From the NCBI GenBank assembly GCA_963775685.1, contig CAVZJV010000014.1:1504001-1568000 (forward strand): a DNA stretch of 64,000 bases, written 5' to 3'. The notes beneath the pieces are model-generated. The model saw only the letters and a program-made list of their open reading frames with translations. It had not been told where the DNA came from and searched no databases. The stretch comes from Candidatus Bathyarchaeota archaeon (GTDB taxonomy: Archaea; Thermoproteota; Bathyarchaeia; Bathyarchaeales; Bathycorpusculaceae). The translations under genes were made by a program, and so were the position numbers. Shown piece by piece: positions 9,280-20,831 of this stretch. Each line of letters opens with the position of its first letter. The stretch's first letter is position 1.

Positions 9280-10569
9280 ATGGTTGGATCTTCAGTTGGG
9301 GTTAAGTCTTCTGACGTTTTTGGCACCTTCTCCAGTTCTCCCGCTTGTGGATCCACGCTTCAAGAAAGCATCCCCCTAAACCCACCTTGCCCTCAATGCG
9401 GATCTAGAAAACTCTGGAGAGACGCCAAACGCTACACCGTTTTTGGGGATGAAATTCAAAGATGGCTTTGCCGAGAATGCGGCCTTAGATTCTCAGATCC
9501 AAATGATGTCAAGAAAAGCTGGAGCACCCAGGAGAAAGCAGCCCGATCGGAATTGAACAATGAAATAAAAATGACCTCTGACTTAGTATCTAATCGCCAA
9601 ATATGCGTCACGGAGACGAAAAACTTGGTAGCAGAACAAAAGACAACTGAAGTTCTGCGGAGAAACCAAACTGGCGAGGTCAAAGGAAAAATCATCGAAT
9701 ACGCCTGGTGGCTAAAAAAAGACGGAAAAAGCGAATCAACAATCCTGGGCAGAACAAAGATCCTAAGCGTACTCACAAAACGAGGAGCAAACCTCTACGA
9801 TCCCGAAAGCATCAAAGAAGCCATAGCCAAACAACCCTGGAGCAGCGGCAGAAAAAACAACGCTTGCGACGCCTACTCATCCTTCCTAAGAATGGTAGGC
9901 GGCACCTGGGAAGCACCAGTATACCAAACAATCCGAAAACTTCCCTTCATCCCCAAAGAAACGGAAATCGACCAGCTCATCGCAGGAAGCAGCAAACGCA
10001 TGGCCACTTTCCTACAAACGCTAAAAGAAACAGGCTCAAGATGCGGAGAAATCTGGCGACTAAAATGGGACGACATAGACTTCGAAAGCAAAGTCGTAAA
10101 CATCACCCCCGAAAAAAACAGCAACCCACGAGTAACCCACCTAAGCGACAAACTCCTCGACATGCTCAGACAACAGCCAAAGAACTACGGTGAATACGTC
10201 TTTTCCCGCCCAAACATGAGAGTAGATAACCACGCGGTCACATTCCAGCAACAACGCAAACGAATCGCAAAGAAAATCGGCAACCCAAGAATACTAAAAA
10301 TCCACTTCCACACTCTAAGACACTTCAAAGGAACCATGCTCTATCACAAGACCAAAGACCTGCTCTACGTAATGCAAGCCTTAGGCCACAAAAACATCAA
10401 AAACACGCTCCTCTACATCCAACTCGAAGAAGCATTGTTCCAAGGCGAAATAGACTACATCTCAAAAGTCGCAAAGACTCCAGGAGAAATCTGCGTCCTA
10501 ATCGAAGCAGGCTTTGAATACGTCACTGAATTTGAAGGCCTCAAGTTCTTCAGGAAAAGGAAGACCTAA
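9280..10569 (+). CDS. Tyrosine recombinase/integrase with N-terminal Zn ribbon
   Basis: CPQC...CREC ribbon. Catalytic R (TGSRCGE), K (PEKNS), HxxR (HTLRH), H (LGHKNI) and Y (TLLY) are all present. Adjacent to a tRNA. Confidence 0.92.
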   Translation: MVGSSVGVKSSDVFGTFSSSPACGSTLQESIPLNPPCPQCGSRKLWRDAKRYTVFGDEIQRWLCRECGLRFSDPNDVKKSWSTQEKAARSELNNEIKMTSDLVSNRQICVTETKNLVAEQKTTEVLRRNQTGEVKGKIIEYAWWLKKDGKSESTILGRTKILSVLTKRGANLYDPESIKEAIAKQPWSSGRKNNACDAYSSFLRMVGGTWEAPVYQTIRKLPFIPKETEIDQLIAGSSKRMATFLQTLKETGSRCGEIWRLKWDDIDFESKVVNITPEKNSNPRVTHLSDKLLDMLRQQPKNYGEYVFSRPNMRVDNHAVTFQQQRKRIAKKIGNPRILKIHFHTLRHFKGTMLYHKTKDLLYVMQALGHKNIKNTLLYIQLEEALFQGEIDYISKVAKTPGEICVLIEAGFEYVTEFEGLKFFRKRKT

Positions 10570-10636
10570 AACATGAAAAATCAAGAAAAAACGAGTATAC
10601 ATCGCCAGGATAAACCCCCTGTATGTTTTAACATAG

Positions 10637-10724
10637 TGGTGCAGGGGGTGGGATTCGAACCCACGAACGCCTACGCGATAGGGTCCTAAGCCCTACTCCG
10701 TTGACCTGGCTTGGAGACCCCTGC
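10637..10724 (-). tRNA. tRNA-Leu(UAG)
   Basis: Reverse complement GCAGGGG..TAGGG-CTTAGGA-CCCTA..long variable arm..GTTCGAATC..CCCCTGCACCA; CCA encoded. Confidence 0.95.
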
Positions 10725-10994
10725 AGTTTAAGCGTGTAGTATAGAATAATTTACCTTAATATCTGTTAAGGATTTGTTTCTCTAATGTTCTTGAAATGCA
10801 GCTTTAAATTGAATTGGTAACAACTAAATAAACAAAAATAACAGACACAATATTTGTTTTAAATGATAAAAAAACTAACATCTGATTTAACTATTTTCAC
10901 TAAATAGCTTTGAGTTTTTTAAATATAGATTGCAAAGTCACAAACCTAATAAGTTTTGGATGAAAATGTGAGATCCTTATAATAAGGCGATACT

Positions 10995-13900
10995 ATGCTT
11001 GCACCACATATTTCAAAAGAAAAAATAAAGCAATTAACAGGAATTTTACTAGTCCTAACAATAATCTTTTCAATGGCGCTCTTAGTTCCACTTGCAGCCT
11101 CAGATACGCCAGTAGGCAACAACGTCTCTTGGCAAAGCCAAGATGAAACAATCCAAAACAACTGGAATTGGACAAACCAGGGATGGCAATTTGGACCCTA
11201 CCCCACTTTCGCAATAATATTGCAGAATGGCACTGAATTAACTAACGATAATTATTTACCGTTGGGACAAACATTCACAGTCAGAATAGACATACAAAAA
11301 AGCATTTTTGTTGGGAACGCGACTCTTGGACAAGCAGGAGTAAATTGGGGCATCGACCTACGGGCTCAAAATGGTTCAATCACTGGCAACGCAAATTGCA
11401 ATATGAATTACGTAAATAGCATTCAAATGGGGAATTACAGCCAAACAAACACATGGAACATCTTTAGTAATATCAACAACCAAACCGCAATTGATGTCAA
11501 AGGTCCATCAGGACCTCAACCTATGCCACAACAAATGGGCTTCTATCAATTCAACGACCAATTAAGTAATATAACCGAGACAGAACTCGGCTGGAGATTA
11601 CAAATTGTTGGAACATTCAACAGTTCCACACCTGTCGGGCCTTACTGGGTTAACTTACAGATTACTGACCAGCATAACAATTGGATAGATGTCAGCGGTC
11701 AAAGGCTACAAAACAGCGAATCTAACAACCGACAAGTCGCCGTTGGCCAAGCAGGTTTTGTGTACGGTGGATATCAAGATTACTACACTTTTGAAAAGTT
11801 AGATAATCAAAACAATCCACTAATGTCGGTTTCCAAGGGCGCTGAATGGAAAATGCGATTAAACGTAACAAGCCCTCAATTTTCAAACGTTACAATCGGT
11901 TTAAACTTACCATGGAACATTCAACAGTTCGTGAATGTTACAGGTTGGTACCAGCAAGTCGTGACTGAACATGGCGGCTGGATGTTCAATGAAAACTCTG
12001 GAACCTACTACTGGAACAGCACAGTTGAAGTCACCCGGAACCAGCAAGTTTATGGTCCACATCTTGAACAACGATGGATCAGCCTATCGAATACTCAGCA
12101 TCAGGTAAACATTACAAATATGATGTGGAACCCAATAACTAACCTCAATGAATTATCTTCACAGCAAATAAACATTCAAGATCAACTATTCTTAACATTC
12201 AATCAGGCAACACAAACCTTTGACATAAAAATAGGCTACTGCTATAATTCCTACGATCCAATTTTACAGCAAATGGTTCAATATCAAGAACTGACCCCCA
12301 TCAATGCCTCAGATCCTTCCGGCCAATTTTATAGCCTGGTATTGCCTGATTGCAGTTACTATAAAACTGGACCAAACAACCATGTAGTTGAATTCGCAGG
12401 TTTGTTTACAAACACCACAAACTATGCACAGGACCAATACAGCTTACAGGTAAATGTATTCTCTGCCAATCAACAAATTTGGCCTAACTGGGAAAACACC
12501 AATCCAAGCGATATGCAAGTTATAATTGACAGACCTGTTGCCGTCTCAACTATACTTGATGACCAAGGTAACCCAGCGACTACACAATCCATGTTTATGA
12601 TAGGTCAGAATAAACCCTTCATCCTTCAAAGCAAGATCTATGGCATCTCAGAGATTTATCAAGATTTAGACGCTGTTGGTGTTTCATTATACTCAAACTT
12701 TGGCACATGGAGTGAAACCGAAAACTCGAACTCGCAAGTTGAAATTCGGTTAACTAAAAACTTAGATACCGGCATAATCACCTCGACGTCTTATAACCGA
12801 ACAAACGTGAATCGGTACGTTTACGACTCCCACATAGGATGGGCTTATGTTAATGTAACAGATTGGCACACTGAATTCAATTCCGCGACAGGTATGTGGG
12901 ATTGGGTAGAATCGCCACATCTAATTTGGAACCAAACCACCCTTACAGATTGGCACTGGGAATACTATCGCCTCAACCAAACTGAATATGCTCGAGACCC
13001 AAATTCACCCAATATCTGGATGGATACAACAACAACTTGGGTTGACGATATAGACCCTGCATTCAAAACATCAACAAGCTACGCTACCTTAAACTCAGCA
13101 AACGTGACATTAACAAACGGTGTAGTGGTGGCTAACTTAGGCGTTGTCTTTAATGCTGAGGCACCACAGGGAAACTACTGGTACAACATGATATTCCAGA
13201 ACATGACCTATGGACAGGACCCAAGTCAAGGCTGGGGACAACACCAAATAACAGAGTGGACCAACGAACCAACATACTTCATCAACGGCCTCGCCACGTA
13301 CGGGCAATCATGGCTTGTTGAGGCACCATCAAACCCGCTCTACACAACTTATCAAGCACAAAAATACCAAGTCAACCAAGAACCATACATAACCATAGGA
13401 AGCCAAGACATACTCCTTAAACCACAGATTCAATATGACCAATCGCAACAGAGAGACTGGATGCAGTATTTGCTCACAGGACCATATGACCCTTCAATAG
13501 GAAGACAAACACAATACTACCAATTACCAAACGGCACAAACATATACGTAAACCAGGCGTACCAAACAATCATACGCACGCTGCAATTAACCACAGCCAA
13601 CGCTTACATACTGGTTGATGACTCAGAAGTTTTACTCCCCAACGGAACAACGGTTAGCACTTACATGAACCTCGCTCAGCCAGACTACACACGTCAACAC
13701 TGGGATCCAATGCAGGGCAACATTGTACCATACTACTATGACTTCTTGAATGGATCAAGAGTCTACTTCAGACGGTCTATTTGAGCAATCTCTGTTTAAT
13801 GGCACCACAAACCACTGGGACAAAAGCAACCAAGTCTATAATGAAAGTGACAGCACACTACTAGTAGAATCTGCTGGTTCAGGCGTTAAACTAGAGAACT

Positions 13901-16900
13901 CTGTTGTTCTCCTAAGGGATCCAGGTTACTGGCAATCCCTGCCAGATGGCTCAGGATACTATTTGGTCATGCAGAATGGGACACGACTAATCGTCAAAGA
14001 TCCATTTTCAGTTCCAGATGACCAACGCACCGTTTCGCTCAATGGAGTCATTTATCACATAGGATGGCCAAACCAATACTACCAAGCCAACTATCAAGGT
14101 CAAACCCTCTTAATCCCCAACAATGGTCCAAACGGCGACAATTACGTGCAAAGTTACTTCTACACCAATCTAGGCATTGAAGCGGGAGTAAAATATGAGC
14201 TGCCCTATCCAGGAGCTATGGCAACCTCTTGGTGGGATCTGCAAGGTATTGAGTCAACAAGTCAAAAGCTCAAAACCTTAAAAACAATAACAGTTGACGG
14301 CTCTGACTACCGCCTAAACTTTGACAGCAACAGCCAAACGTACTATATAGACATCGAGGGATCCAGACAAACTGTGACGTATCCAAGCGTTGACAACAAC
14401 AATTTCTACTCAGTCATAAACGGACAAGACTGCTGGAGCATCACTCAAAACGGCTGGACCGTAAACTACGGGACATACACACAACAATCCCATCAATTAA
14501 CAGCAACCGGTAGCTTATCGACAACAACAGGGTACGACCAAAATCAGCAAACTTGGACAACCAATAGGTATGGTTACGACTATGAAAACGCAACTTTATA
14601 CCTAATGATGCCAAACGGCACGCACCTCGACGTTAGCTCAACAATGAACCTAATTGTTTGGAAGGTTCAAGTCGATGACCAGTCATACTATACATCTGAT
14701 AACTCCCCGAGCACAGAAAGCGTCCAGGATATTTCGGGTCAAACGGTGTTTCGTAACTATTTCAAAACACTCAATGGTCAAAAAGTGTACTTTGACTGGA
14801 ATAACCCAGCAAGTTGGCAACAGGAAATTCACATTCCAATATCGGGCACTAACTACACAAAACTGATCCCGTATACATGGGAAACGCAAACAATATTTGA
14901 TAAAATAATCGTATATAACATCACCATTCCAGCAGTACAAGGCAATGCCACAAGCACAGGGGTATACTTTGAAAACGGGACTGAAGTTACAGTAGGAACC
15001 CCCTTCAAAGTAATTGGCAGCACCTATGGACCAGGCACAGACTACACATTCTACCAAAACGGCAACACCTACAATTTCGATGGCGCCTACATGCCAACAA
15101 CTCAAGCTCCATGGAATCATAACATAAACGTTGCTTACTGCATAACATTGGACGGCAGCCGACTCTACAGCCCAACAATGTTTGGCTGGAACGGCAACAT
15201 TTACAATAACCCCTGGAACGCGGACAAGCAATGGCAATTCAACGGAGATGAAGGTTCCGCAAACAGCACAGTTTCAGTAGTGCAAGGTGGCTATGCCGTT
15301 TATCTGAATAATACCTTAAAAGTGGATGTTACATCAATGTCGATTTTTGGTGGCGGAACAAGTTCCTATGTCGTTTTGACAAATGGCACACATCTTGACG
15401 TGCAATGGGTTAGTTCGCTAAATCAATGGTTCACCATGGTCGGAACTGAAAAGTACCTTTTTAGCAACATCGTAACTTACTCTAACTTAACCGACGGCGG
15501 ATTCAACTACAACGTCTGTGATCCGTTGGCATATGACCAACGACACTTCTATACGGCAACAACATATCAAGCGCCAAACGTCTCCACAGATACCGGCGCC
15601 TGGTTATGGATGAATGCTACTTCTGCATCGATTCTCAAAGATGACAGTGGATACTACCTTGTTAACGCTTCAAACCAAAGCCGAATAGATATACAATCAG
15701 TCGATAACTGGTGGGGAAGCATCCCAAGCCAGATAAGGTCTCAAGTATTCACTAACCAGCTAAGTGACTACTACCCCAGATTCAACATAACCATCAACGG
15801 AGTAGAATACTTCGTTTTGGACCCAAGTCCAGCCATAGACCGATGGAACGGAGAATGGTCATCACAAAATGCCATGTACCGGTACCCAAACACGGTATCT
15901 ATAACGCTTGAAGAAGTAACCTACGACATTAACCTCTACCAAAACACATACTCATGGAACAATAATATCACTACTGCACAAATAAACACCATAAACATTG
16001 ACGACGCATCATATGATCTGGATGATCAATACAATTGGAAACCCTCCTACCAAGTCACCATAGGCGATGAAAGTTTACCAATTCAAATGGAAACCATGAA
16101 CATCTACAAAACACACCAAAGCTGCGGCAACATCTACACCTGGAAACTAACCGACATAGGCATACAAACAACAAGCCAAGTCAACAGCCTAATCGTGGGA
16201 ACACCCCAATTCGGTATGTGGGGAATAAAAGCCTACAAAACCGTCGACGATACAGGCGCAGTTGACCTAGATGGGAATACATCAAACGCCTCCGACCAAT
16301 ACTTTGTCCGCAAAATCCACAGTGGCACAGATGCTCAAACACAAACAACCAAACGTATGGTGGTGGACACAACTTGGAACCCCGATGCCACCAAGGTAGG
16401 CGATGATATCCACTTGAACGCTTGGATGGGTCAGCTTCAGGTAACTTGGACTTCGCAATGGAGTGAATCATACATCTGGTACCATGCATCTGACATGAGT
16501 CCGGTAAGTAGCCAAGAAATGACGCAGATTAGACAACTAATAGTTAACAGTGAAACCCAACAACCGAACCCAGGCTACTGGGATTTAGCGTATATGGTGC
16601 GAAACCAAACGTGGGATGATGTACTCACACAAGCAAAAGCCAACAATTGGGACTGGATAAACACCAACACCAACGAGTGGAATTGGCTATGGTTTGGAAC
16701 CAACCAGAACTACAACGTTAACATACTCCAAGACGGCAAACAATCCACCGCAGGCGTCGACTTGAAATATGAATTCGCAGGCATAAACCTACTCAACGGC
16801 ACAACACAAACCCACTATTTCATGCCTAAAACAGTGGGCAAAATATCATTCGTTACTCCAGGACAAGCATATGGAAACAATGATGCATCCGGCAACATGT

Positions 16901-17973
16901 CACTTCCATTAAACTCAAAAATTGACTTCGGCGTCACCTACGAAGACGTAAACGGCACACTCTTTCCATATAGTGACCAAAGGTCAATGTGGGGCTGGTG
17001 GGATCAACCAATATTTGGTTCAGACTTTAACGTGCCCAACCTAATGAACAAACCAACAACAGCATCAATCGATGAATTAGCATTTACAGTTCACTTCAGT
17101 GGAACCCAAACTGAATCACAATACAACACTGCTTCCATGAAAATCGATCAGCGAGTCGGCGACTGGAAGCTCCCAGCTGATGTAGTTGATGGCAGAGAAC
17201 AGAACAGCAGCGGCGTAATGGTTCCGTTGATGGGCAACGAAGCCCTCCAAAATAGAAGCTTAGCCCTAAACTACTATGTTACGGCCTCCTCCTCGATGGG
17301 ATGGAACGTTAAAGATGACAACGGAGCCAACGTTAACAACAATGGCATAACCAACTCTTCCCAGTTCAACGTCGCATCGGCACTCTCAGACGTTACGTTT
17401 GCTTCAGTTAAGCTCGGCAGCACTTATGACTGGGGCAAACCCACAACATCAACCGATCAGATAAGGACATTTAACGTTACAAGCCAAACTACATCCATCC
17501 AAAACTTCCAATCCAGCTACCAATCGGGTGCAGGCAAATCCTCAACAGGCTTTGACATATCATCATCAATGTACTTCCTTACACAAAGCTTCCCAAGATG
17601 GGATGGATACTCAATTTACAATGACCCCGAAGTCTCTGTAATGGTAAGCAAGGGCACAACTCCAGAAGCTAACCAACCAACGCCACCACCGACAGGAGCC
17701 ACGCCCCAACCTACGACTAACCCCACAAACCAACCGACAAATCAACAAAACACCTCACCATCTACCCCTCCGACCAACAACCCCGAAGGTCCAACCACGC
17801 CCCCACAAGGCACAACCCCGACACCTAAAACACAAACCCCACACCCAACAGTTTCGCCACCAAAAGAGATGCCAACTATGCCAACGACTATAATACTGGT
17901 CGGTGTCGCCATTGGATTAGGCGCAGTAATTGGCTCAATCATGCTGGTTCGAGCCAAGAAAAAACGTAACTAA
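10995..17973 (+). CDS. Giant (~2,300 aa) cell-surface/S-layer-like protein split by one frameshift near 13770
   Basis: ORF 10995..13784 has the signal peptide. ORF 13750..17973 has the PT linker, TM and KKKR tail. Same W/N/T/Q-rich composition; the two ORFs overlap in different frames. Confidence 0.8.
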
Positions 17974-17982
17974 AACTTTGCG

Positions 17983-18702
17983 TTAAACCCTATTTTTATT
18001 TTTCTTTCTTTTGTACAATAGTGCAATAATCAAAGCAACGATCAGCAAAGTCGCTGTGGCTAAAATGACAAGAATTGTCCATGTTGTAATTACCGCAAAC
18101 GAACCAGGGACAGGAGTAAAGTTTTCAGTTGCTGTTGGTTGTGAAACATCAGGGCTTATACTTGGCGTGGGTGCACTAAATGGTGTCGGAGTTGGTGAAG
18201 CAGTCGGCCCAGCAGTAGCAATTGCAATGGGTGAAGCTGTTGGTGTCTCTTTTGGCACAAACCAAGTCCAACCAAGGGAGCTGAAGTCAGTATTAGCCAG
18301 GCTACCGGAAACTGCATATCCGTTCTGTACCATCGCTTGGTTAATGTTTTCGAAATGTGTAGAATTATAGTCAAGATAGGCTACACAAAGCAGTCTTCCT
18401 TGCTGATCGTTAACTGTTACTGAGTCAATATCAAGATAAACTGTTTTTCCCTGAATCATACCAGAAAGATAGCCACGAGATTCCTCATAGCCAACTGCTC
18501 CCGCCACAGGGGTTTCAATACCAGCTAACTTCACTACAGTTTCTCCAGAGGTAAGTGTAAAGGAGCTGCCATCGATAACTGAGGAAACCGTCCCAGTTTT
18601 ATCTATCGAAATAGTGGATGCTAAAGCCAATGGAAACAAAAACCCGAGGATAATGGAAACCAGAAATAATACAACAACAGCACGATGATTCATACGAGTC
18701 AT
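17983..18702 (-). CDS. Membrane-anchored staphylococcal-nuclease (thermonuclease)-like protein with degenerate active site
   Basis: GTVSSVIDGSSF..VKLAGIETP..GRLLCVAY..INQAMVQNGYA; signal peptide, PT linker, C-terminal TM. Confidence 0.8.
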   Translation of the reverse strand: MTRMNHRAVVVLFLVSIILGFLFPLALASTISIDKTGTVSSVIDGSSFTLTSGETVVKLAGIETPVAGAVGYEESRGYLSGMIQGKTVYLDIDSVTVNDQQGRLLCVAYLDYNSTHFENINQAMVQNGYAVSGSLANTDFSSLGWTWFVPKETPTASPIAIATAGPTASPTPTPFSAPTPSISPDVSQPTATENFTPVPGSFAVITTWTILVILATATLLIVALIIALLYKRKKNKNRV

Positions 18703-18865
18703 GGATAATACGATGAATTTCCTTTTATGGCTTTTCAGGCAATACCAGACCTTTAAGGCAAAAAACATCGATTAAAACCAAATACATCAAAAGAGGATTG
18801 TTTACAAATTCAAAACCGCAAGCGTTTTATTGACATATGCAATTCTTTCACGGGAACACACGTTT

Positions 18866-18942
18866 GCCTTCGTAGCCTAGCCCGGTGGGGCGTTACCTTG
18901 GTAAGGTAATGGTCGCGGGTCCAAATCCCGCCGAAGGCTCCA
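18866..18942 (+). tRNA. tRNA-Thr(GGU)
   Basis: GCCTTCG/CGAAGGC acceptor stem, TTACC-TTGGTAA-GGTAA anticodon arm, GCGGG-TCCAAAT-CCCGC T arm, CCA encoded. Confidence 0.93.
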
Positions 18943-19232
18943 ACCTACCCCTGATTCACGGAAGAAGTCTGATTTTGGCTCTGATTGTTGCTGCAGAATT
19001 CAGCAACGCCACTGTGGTTTTCCGTAACGTTTAGCCCCGAGGACTTAAACAAAGAAAGTACCTCGCGCATTTTTTTCAGCTTTGACTTTCAAGCGACAAC
19101 GTATTGAACGCTGATAGTTCAAATCAAAACTATCCGGATTATTAAGAAATTCTCGCTCCGTTTTGCTGGGCATAAAAAAAATGTGCCTGAGCGATGTTTA
19201 ATCGCTTTCTGTATGTTTTCTTGTGGTAGCTA

Positions 19233-19369
19233 AAGGCCTTCAATTTCTGAAGGGGTATAGAAGAAGGAAGGGAGGTCTGACGTGAAATTGTTAATCATCA
19301 GAACATATTTTTTAATGAGTATATTATGCGGCTTCTTTCCTCTATACTTCTCAATTGTTGGAAGGCCTT
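19233..19369. repeat. ~135-bp element with AAGGCCTT inverted ends, copy A
   Basis: aaggccttcaa...ggggtatagaa / ttcctctatac...ttggaaggcctt. Core taatcatcagaacatat is shared (inverted) with copies B and C. Confidence 0.75.
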
Positions 19370-19404
19370 ATATCCCGAGGAACCACTAAGGTGCAGGATG
19401 CCAC

Positions 19405-19791
19405 ATGGAAAAGTTCTCTGTCTTAGACTGCGAAATCCTCTGGAACAAGAAAAACAAGATTCCCAAAAGCCACAAAACGGCAATCAAAGAAACGCTAAAA
19501 ACAATGTCTGCCAGCATCCAAAACGCAATGAAATTCACTTCGGACAATGAACAAGGCATTGTCACTTATGCCTTCATTCCCGAGATAGAGAATCAAGAAT
19601 GCGAAGTCGTCTATTTTCTTGAAGTTTACGTTGCCGGATATGAAGAAGAGCAGAAGTTTTGGCACGCAACCGTCAGGAGCAGATCAAAAATCTGGGATGA
19701 TGCGCATTTAGCCGACATTTACGATGAAAAATTTCGCTTGTATACAAGCTTGCTTGAAGAAGACGCTCAACCTGACAGCTTCAGCAAATAA
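19405..19791 (+). CDS. Hypothetical protein between repeat copies A and B
   Basis: 128-aa ORF; its stop codon TAA overlaps the AAGGCCTT end of copy B. Confidence 0.55.
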   Translation: MEKFSVLDCEILWNKKNKIPKSHKTAIKETLKTMSASIQNAMKFTSDNEQGIVTYAFIPEIENQECEVVYFLEVYVAGYEEEQKFWHATVRSRSKIWDDAHLADIYDEKFRLYTSLLEEDAQPDSFSK

Positions 19792-19921
19792 GGCCTTCAA
19801 CCGACGGAGGGTATAGAGTAAATGGTTTCTGTATTTTATTTTGTTGTTTTATAGGTTCTGTGATTAGATATTTTCCAGAAGCCCTGTTCCTACTATGCGG
19901 CCAAAATTTTGGAAAACCCTT
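19790..19921. repeat. ~135-bp element, copy B (right end degenerate)
   Basis: aaggccttcaa..gagggtatagag...ttttataggttctgtgattagata...ttggaaaaccctt. Confidence 0.7.
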
Positions 19922-19935
19922 GGTTAGCGACTAAC

Positions 19936-20214
19936 TTACATTTGGCGGCTCATTTTGCTAGCCACTATCAGAATCTGCTGTGTCAAAAACTCTTCCAACG
20001 AGTCAGGCTCGAAACCATGAATCGCTTTCTTGTGTCTGGCGGCATGATTTTTTATCGCGCAGTTCATGGCCTTCAAATCGGGTACAACCAAAATTTTGAA
20101 ACCACAGGTACACTTGATAATTGGCATGTTTGTTTTATATGCAACACCATTGTCGGTGCGATCTTTACTCAAAATGAAGTTGCTTTTTTGAATATCGTTT
20201 TTTGTCATACCCAT
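19936..20214 (-). CDS. Small Zn-binding protein (CxC...H...H)
   Basis: IKCTCGFKILVVPDLKAM..AIKNHAARH. Ends 14 bp from repeat B. Confidence 0.6.
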   Translation of the reverse strand: MGMTKNDIQKSNFILSKDRTDNGVAYKTNMPIIKCTCGFKILVVPDLKAMNCAIKNHAARHKKAIHGFEPDSLEEFLTQQILIVASKMSRQM

Positions 20215-20483
20215 TTCCCCTCCCTTGAGCCAAGATGATCTATGAATTCTTTGAATAATATATTAAATATTGTAGTAGGCGCGGCACAATCACAATTGCA
20301 TTGCAATTCATCAATTACTCACTAATTTATGCATCATACAATTCATTTTATTGTACTTATAGCATATTTGCTAATAAAAAGCATAATTGCTTGAATTAAA
20401 CAACAAAAATAGCAAAAGCTTATAACAATCAACCACATAACATACAGATATATATGGTTAAGTGAGAGGGAGAGGGTTCAAAG

Positions 20484-20813
20484 ATGAGACGATCAAAACT
20501 AATAATTTATGTTGACATTCTCAACGTGTTGGCTCATAGAGGTCCATCAAAGCTGACACATATCATGTACAAAGCTAACGTTAACTGTAACGTTCTTACA
20601 GATCACTTAGACTTTTTAATTAAGCAAGCTCTTGTAGAAAAACGAACGGTCACGAAAATGCGAGTAGTTTTCGCAATCACTCAACGCGGCACCAATGTTC
20701 TGAAGTATTTCCATGAACTCACACAAGTGTTGCCTATAATAGACGAAACCCCAAATCAAACAACCCCACTGCTTTATGCTCAGAAGAATTGCCTGTCAAA
20801 ACGAGTACGTTAG
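20484..20813 (+). CDS. Winged-HTH transcription regulator (COG3432/HTH_45-like)
   Basis: RRSKL.IYVDIL...LTHIMYKANVN...HLDFLI...FAITQRG. Confidence 0.85.
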   Translation: MRRSKLIIYVDILNVLAHRGPSKLTHIMYKANVNCNVLTDHLDFLIKQALVEKRTVTKMRVVFAITQRGTNVLKYFHELTQVLPIIDETPNQTTPLLYAQKNCLSKRVR

Positions 20814-20831
20814 TTGCCTAACTCCACAACC

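Larger units (their letters stand above)
1..10636. mobile_element. Integrative element / genomic island at the tRNA-Leu 3' end (left boundary probably outside the window)
   Basis: Intact tyrosine integrase ends about 70 bp from the tRNA-Leu CCA end. Also carries RHH regulators, a TA pair and hypothetical surface-protein cargo. No second att copy was seen in the window. Confidence 0.7.

Noticed and set aside
9708-10193. 161-aa Arg/Lys-rich overlapping ORF in the integrase
   Set aside because: Shadow frame caused by the A/C-rich codon usage of the integrase; no recognisable motif.
17670-17890. Tandem repeat or VNTR in a C/A-rich stretch
   Set aside because: It encodes the Pro/Thr linker of the giant protein and has no regular nucleotide period.
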